A stretch of DNA of 64,000 bases from Sphaerodactylus townsendi (taxonomy: Eukaryota), in contig NC_059438.1 of assembly GCF_021028975.2 (NCBI RefSeq), positions 35,960,001 through 36,024,000 on the forward strand, read 5' to 3'. The notes under the pieces were generated by a model. The model was not told the origin of the DNA. It searched no databases and saw nothing but the letters and a program-made list of their open reading frames with translations. Position numbers and translations under genes: made by a program. Position 1 is the stretch's first letter. Every line of letters begins with the position of its first letter. This document shows positions 59,486 through 64,000 of this stretch, in pieces.

Positions 59486-59670
59486 NNNNNNNNNNNNNNN
59501 NNNNNNNNNNNNNNNNNNNNNNNNNNNNNNNNNNNNNNNNNNNNNNNNNNNNNNNNNNNNNNNNNNNNNNNNNNNNNNNNNNNNNNNNNNNNNNNNNNNN
59601 NNNNNNNNNNNNNNNNNNNNNNNNNNNNNNNNNNNNNNNNNNNNNNNNNNNNNNNNNNNNNNNNNNNNNN
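59486..59670. other. Assembly gap (185 N)
   Basis: Run of N. Confidence 1.
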
Positions 59671-60024
59671 TTGGGACCCAAATTGTACTATTTCTGAAAG
59701 ATTGCTGACGTTCAGTTCCATCTCTTTTGCAATGTTTCCCATATCATTAATGGAATACTAAATGTATCCAGAAATATCCTCCCAAACAGTAACCGTCACA
59801 AAGCAAAGAGCCACTCACCCACTGTCATTGTTGTAATGTGAAAATAACTTTGATTTCATTCTGAAGATGATTGCCATGGTGTTTATTACTGAACTGAAAT
59901 GTAGAGCAAAAACTGTACCTTCTCTGAGCTGTGGATCCAGACTGAGTCAGTGTGATCTGATCTATGTTACTGCATCAAGAGCAGGACAATCAGGTAGAAT
60001 AGATCTCTCTGCACATCTCTGCCT

Positions 60025-60068
60025 GATTGGTGAACAGCAGCAGTTGGAATCTCAGTCAACATACCACA
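60025..60068 (-). promoter_or_regulatory. Decayed CSE of the pseudogene with adjacent CCAAT box
   Basis: Minus strand TGTGGTATGTTGACTGAGATTCCAACTGCTGCTGTTCACCAATC, in exact register with the intact CSE at 54281 but with CGCT changed to TGCT. Confidence 0.7.
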
Positions 60069-60820
60069 TTTTAGATCTGTGGTTTCATTTGATGTTGCTC
60101 AATCTATTCATCTACCACACAACATCTGGAATAATATGGATTGATATTTACATAACAAGTGAAACCATAACTATATAGCTAATAAATAATCACAGTGGGT
60201 CTTGAAAATAATTAGATGCAAAAATAGGAAAAGAGTGAAAATACAGATATTATTTGACAAATCTACTTATTTATCGCTAATAAGTTTACGGAAATATTAC
60301 TATCAGTTCAAAATGGATATCTATCACTTGTTTTTCATACAATATATTTCTTCAAAGCATTAGGAGCCTAGAAGGTTTACAGATACATATTATATGATAA
60401 ACGTATTGTGCGGGCATGCTGTGTAAACTAGCAGAATGTATTAACAGTCTGCCGAAAGGCCCGTGTTCATGGAAGCTGTAAAGGAGTTCCAAAACAGCAC
60501 ATGTTAGTGGTGTTTCTATCTGCATGTGGTGGTGGAAAATGCTGTCAAACAGCTGATCTGTGGTGACTCTCTAGGGTTTTCAAGGTACAAGACACTGAGA
60601 GGTGGGTCACCATTGTCTGCAACTGTGTGGACTGCGAAGAGTTCTGAGAGAATTGTGACTGGCCCAAGGTAGTTCAGCAGGCTTTATGTGGTGATGTGGA
60701 GAATCAAACCTAGTTCTCCAGATCAGAATCTGCTGCTCTTAACCACCACACTACATTGGCTCTCTTATCTGCACACCACAATATGTTATGATTCTCTGTA
60801 TATATTGCCAGGCACAGATC

Positions 60821-60957
60821 CAGTGGTCGGATTCAGCAGGTTTGCAAAACTTCAGCTGAACCGGTTGTTAAAATGGTGCTTGTAAAACAACCAGTTGACA
60901 AATTATTTGAATCCCACCACTGGAACCGGTTGTTAAATTATTTGAATCCCACCACTG
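60821..60957. mobile_element. hAT MITE with duplicated 3' terminus
   Basis: TSD cacagatc at 60813-60820 and 60958-60965; aattatttgaatcccaccactg occurs twice. Confidence 0.85.
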
Positions 60958-61686
60958 CACAGATCTATTGCTGCACACTGTGGAATAGTATAACTGCATG
61001 AATTTCCCTTTATTCTACGGGTATATAAAGACACATGGATAGAAACCAGCTGTCCTACAGATTAATACAAGCACTACAGTCCTACAAAGAGTTTCCCCCT
61101 TTGATTTCAATCCATCAATTTCAATGGACTTAGAAAGGTGTAACTTTGCTTCGGATTTAGCATTGCTGTCCCTAGCTGGCACCTAGAGGGAAAATTCAAG
61201 GGTTGGGAACAAACCAACCCATGTTATTGTGTTAACGTGTGATGTCATTTCTGGTGCAAAACCAGAAGTGATGTCATTACACTCTAGGATTCACCCCACA
61301 CTCAATGGTTAATCCAGTTTTGTGCCACATATGATGTTGAGTCGTGGCAAGGGATGTGAGAATTCTGTTAGGATTGCTCTCTAAACTAGGGAAACATACT
61401 ATGTTCTAAAGTATGTTGGATATCGTCAGGCATTTCTAGAGCTACAAAGAAAAAAATTGCTAGCGAGAGACTCAAGAGTCTGTTTTAAAAGCAGGTACAG
61501 GTAGGATATTGTTATTTATGCCATGTACAGAGTCCTTCGTCAAGTAGCTCAGAATCCACGTCTGCAGGAGTCCTGGCACTTTCAATTTAAAATGTGAGGT
61601 CCCTTGGGTTACAAACTATACTTTATTAACAATTGCTCACAATACTGATGAGTAGGAATAATGCAATTTCCAAAATCAAACCTTAC

Positions 61687-64000
61687 CTTCGCACCCACAG
61701 TCATTTCAGAATTAAAAATGGCGCAGTTGCTGTCCGCATTCACCACGTCTGAACTCTCACTGCAAATCAAATTTTCTGTAGCCTGGAAATGAGATTGCTG
61801 GACTGAGACTTGATTTTTCCCCAGCTCTGAGGATATACAGAGTTGGTAGGAATATGGCAAGGTTCCTTCTTCATAGTTTGGGGGAAATATCACACGTGTC
61901 TTTGTCAAAGAATTGGGATCAAAGCACTGGAATAATTTTGGACTCGAAGAATGCCGAACTTTCAAGATAACGGCAAATGTCACAGTCAGAAGGAATAAGA
62001 AGGAGATCACAGCTAAAGCCAGCACCAGATAAAACTGAAGTTCAGACTGATGGTCCAAGTCGTTTGACTGGTTGCTCATTTCTGGAAGTGCTTCCTGAAA
62101 GTTCTCAGCAAACACTAGATTCAGCGTCACAGTGGCCGAGAGTGAGGGGGACCCATTGTCCTTAATTAAGATGACCAGCTTGTGTTTCGTAGCATCTTTC
62201 TCCAGAAGGACTCGAAAAGTTCTGATTTCTCCTGTGTGGGATCCAATGGTGAACAATGCTGGCTCCGAGGCCTGCAGAATGTGGAAGGAGAGCCAAGCGT
62301 TGTGTCCAGAATCAGCATCCACAGCTACTACTTTGGTCACCAGATAACCTGGCTCTGCTGAGCTGGGAACCATCTCAAACAAGGACGAGCCATCAGGTCC
62401 TTTGGAAGGATACAGGATCCGAGGGCTGTTATCATTCTGATCTAGAACAAACACCCACACTGTGACATTGCTGCTGAGAGAGGGGGATCCACCGTCTTGG
62501 GCCTTCACTTGAATCCGGAACTCACGGAATTCCTCATAGTCAAAGGAACGTTGGGCATAGAGTGTTCCAGTCTCAGAGTTAATTGACACGTAAGAGGAGA
62601 GAGGTAGATCCTCAATGTTGCTGGTAAGGATGGAGTAAGTGATTTTTGAGTTGCGGTCTAGATCCGGGTCTGAGGCTTTGACTGTGTAAATGGAGGCCCC
62701 CGAAGGGTTGTTTTCTGCCATGAAGAGATGGTAGGAAGACTCTTCAAAGGCGGGGGAGTTGTCGTTGATGTCTGAAATCTGCAGTGTGATAGTTCTCTGT
62801 GTAGAAAGGGGCGGGGTACCTTTGTCAGTGGCTATGATTGTGAGGTTGTATTGTGGATTTTTCTCTCTGTCTAGGGCACCCTCTGTGAGGAGCTTGTAAT
62901 AGCTGCTCGATGTTGACAGTATTTTAAATGGCAAATCACTTTGCAAATGGCAGTCACATTTTCCATTTTCTCCAGAATCTCTGTCCTTTACACTGATAAG
63001 AGCGGCCACAGTGCCGGATGGAGAGTCTTCAGGGATTGGGCTGAACAAGGAAGCAACGACCACCTCTGGGGCATTATCATTCTCATCTATGACCTTAACT
63101 TCAACTTTACAGTGTGCCACTAAGCCACCCCCATCCTTTGCTTCTACTGACATAGAATATTTGTCTGTCTCCTCAAAATCTAACATCTCCTGAATAGTAA
63201 TTATTCCGTTTTTTGGATCTAACTTGAATTTCTGGTGGGCCCTTTCTGCGATATTACTAAAACTGTAGGTAACGTAAGCATTTGAACCTTCATCGCTATC
63301 AGAAGCTGCAACCTGGAGTAAGGGGGATCCCACAGGGGTATTTTCCTTCATGCTAACCTGATATACCTCTTGAGTGAAGATGGGTGGATTGTCGTTGGCA
63401 TCAGTGACATTAACCCAGATCTGGGCTGTCCCAGTTTTTCTTGGTTCTCCCCCGTCCAAGGCCAGAAGGGTCAAATGAAGAGTTTGGTCCCCTTCCCGAT
63501 CCAAAGGTTTCTGCAGAACCAGTTCTGCATATTTGTTTCCCTCTTGTCCCTCTCTGACTTCCAGAGTGAAATACTGGTTTGGACTGAGGTGGTAATTCTG
63601 GAGAGAATTTATCCCAATATCAGGGTCTTCAGCTTTTTCAAGGTGAAATTTGCTCCCCACTGAAGTGGACTCAATTATCTCAAAGTTGATATTGCTTTTC
63701 ATAAAATGCGGAGCATTATCATTTATATCCTGAACTATCACATCTACATGGAAAATATTTAGAGGATTTTCAACCACAGCCTCAAAATTAATAACACAAG
63801 GTGTGTTTTGCCCACATATTCCCTCACGATCTATCCTGTCATTTACATAGAGGTTTCCATTTTCTGCATTGATAGTGAAATATTGCTTTTTACCTTCAGA
63901 AAGAATGTGCAGGTTCCTGGTCCTCAGCTCTCTGGCATTCAGTCCCACATCCTTGGCAAAATTCCCCACAAGGGTCCCCTTTGCCATCTCTTCAGGGACT
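61687..64000 (-). CDS. Protocadherin-gamma B-type variable exon, 5' end (signal peptide, promoter) beyond the window
   Basis: Frame open at the edge (..[13 protein letters not shown]); [57 protein letters not shown] and [13 protein letters not shown] are gammaB hallmarks. Donor AAG|GTAAG at 61687/61686. Confidence 0.93.

Larger units (their letters stand above)
57350..59877 (-). pseudogene. Protocadherin-gamma (A-like) variable-exon pseudogene with stops, large deletions and three TE insertions
   Basis: From ATG 59877: MAIIF...SG*VALCFVTVTVWEDISGYI*YSINDMGNIAKEMEL; then EKCKLN..GKL|MKMYGVEMEI; EAQGLDLGTNSLQ; NVPIGSPVITVKATDLDGG; EIQVQAQDG; LPEHSPEGTTVALFNVKNQDSG|; IDRKPVITCNISVTAT; FDINTNP; and a cytoplasmic-like RWRNSQ near 57400-57420. 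EC5, EC6 and TM appear deleted. Confidence 0.85.

Noticed and set aside
61177-61195. Weak CTCF-like tggcacctagagggaaa
   Set aside because: Lacks the GGCG/GGCA end of the core and lies in old repeat-like sequence.

Overview
Vertebrate genomic DNA, most likely from a squamate reptile. A gecko is inferred from MIR/CORE-type Squam3-like SINEs with (CTT)n tails, Sauria SINEs and CR1/L2 LINEs. The window is the 3' part of a clustered protocadherin-gamma (Pcdhg) variable-exon array, transcribed on the minus strand. In transcription order it holds: a gammaB-type exon cut by the window edge (64000-61687); a TE-disrupted gammaA-type pseudo-exon with a decayed CSE promoter element (about 59877-57350); a second gammaB-like exon with an intact CSE (54001-51563); a roughly 27.8-kb TE-rich spacer with no intact variable exon; gammaC3 (23794-21365, CSE plus CpG island); a divergent C4-position exon (10871-8418); gammaC5 (6597-4150); and a fourth intact C-type exon (2699-261). 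The ORF track missed the last exon because its frame stays open off the window end, and mammals have only C3, C4 and C5. Each intact exon ends in a phase-0 GT donor. The constant exons are not in the window and are expected beyond position 1. Intergenic DNA is packed with hAT, Harbinger and Tc1/pogo MITEs, SINEs, CR1/L2 LINEs and palindromic Penelope-derived elements carrying minimal hammerhead ribozyme cores. Main points of interest: the extra C-type exon, a MITE-borne consensus CTCF motif in the orientation opposite to the CSEs, an orphan CTCF motif in the spacer, a gene-conversion tract between the gammaB exons, direct repeats bracketing gammaC3, and the hammerheads. Repeat-family names and orthology calls come from recognition by eye, not database searches.
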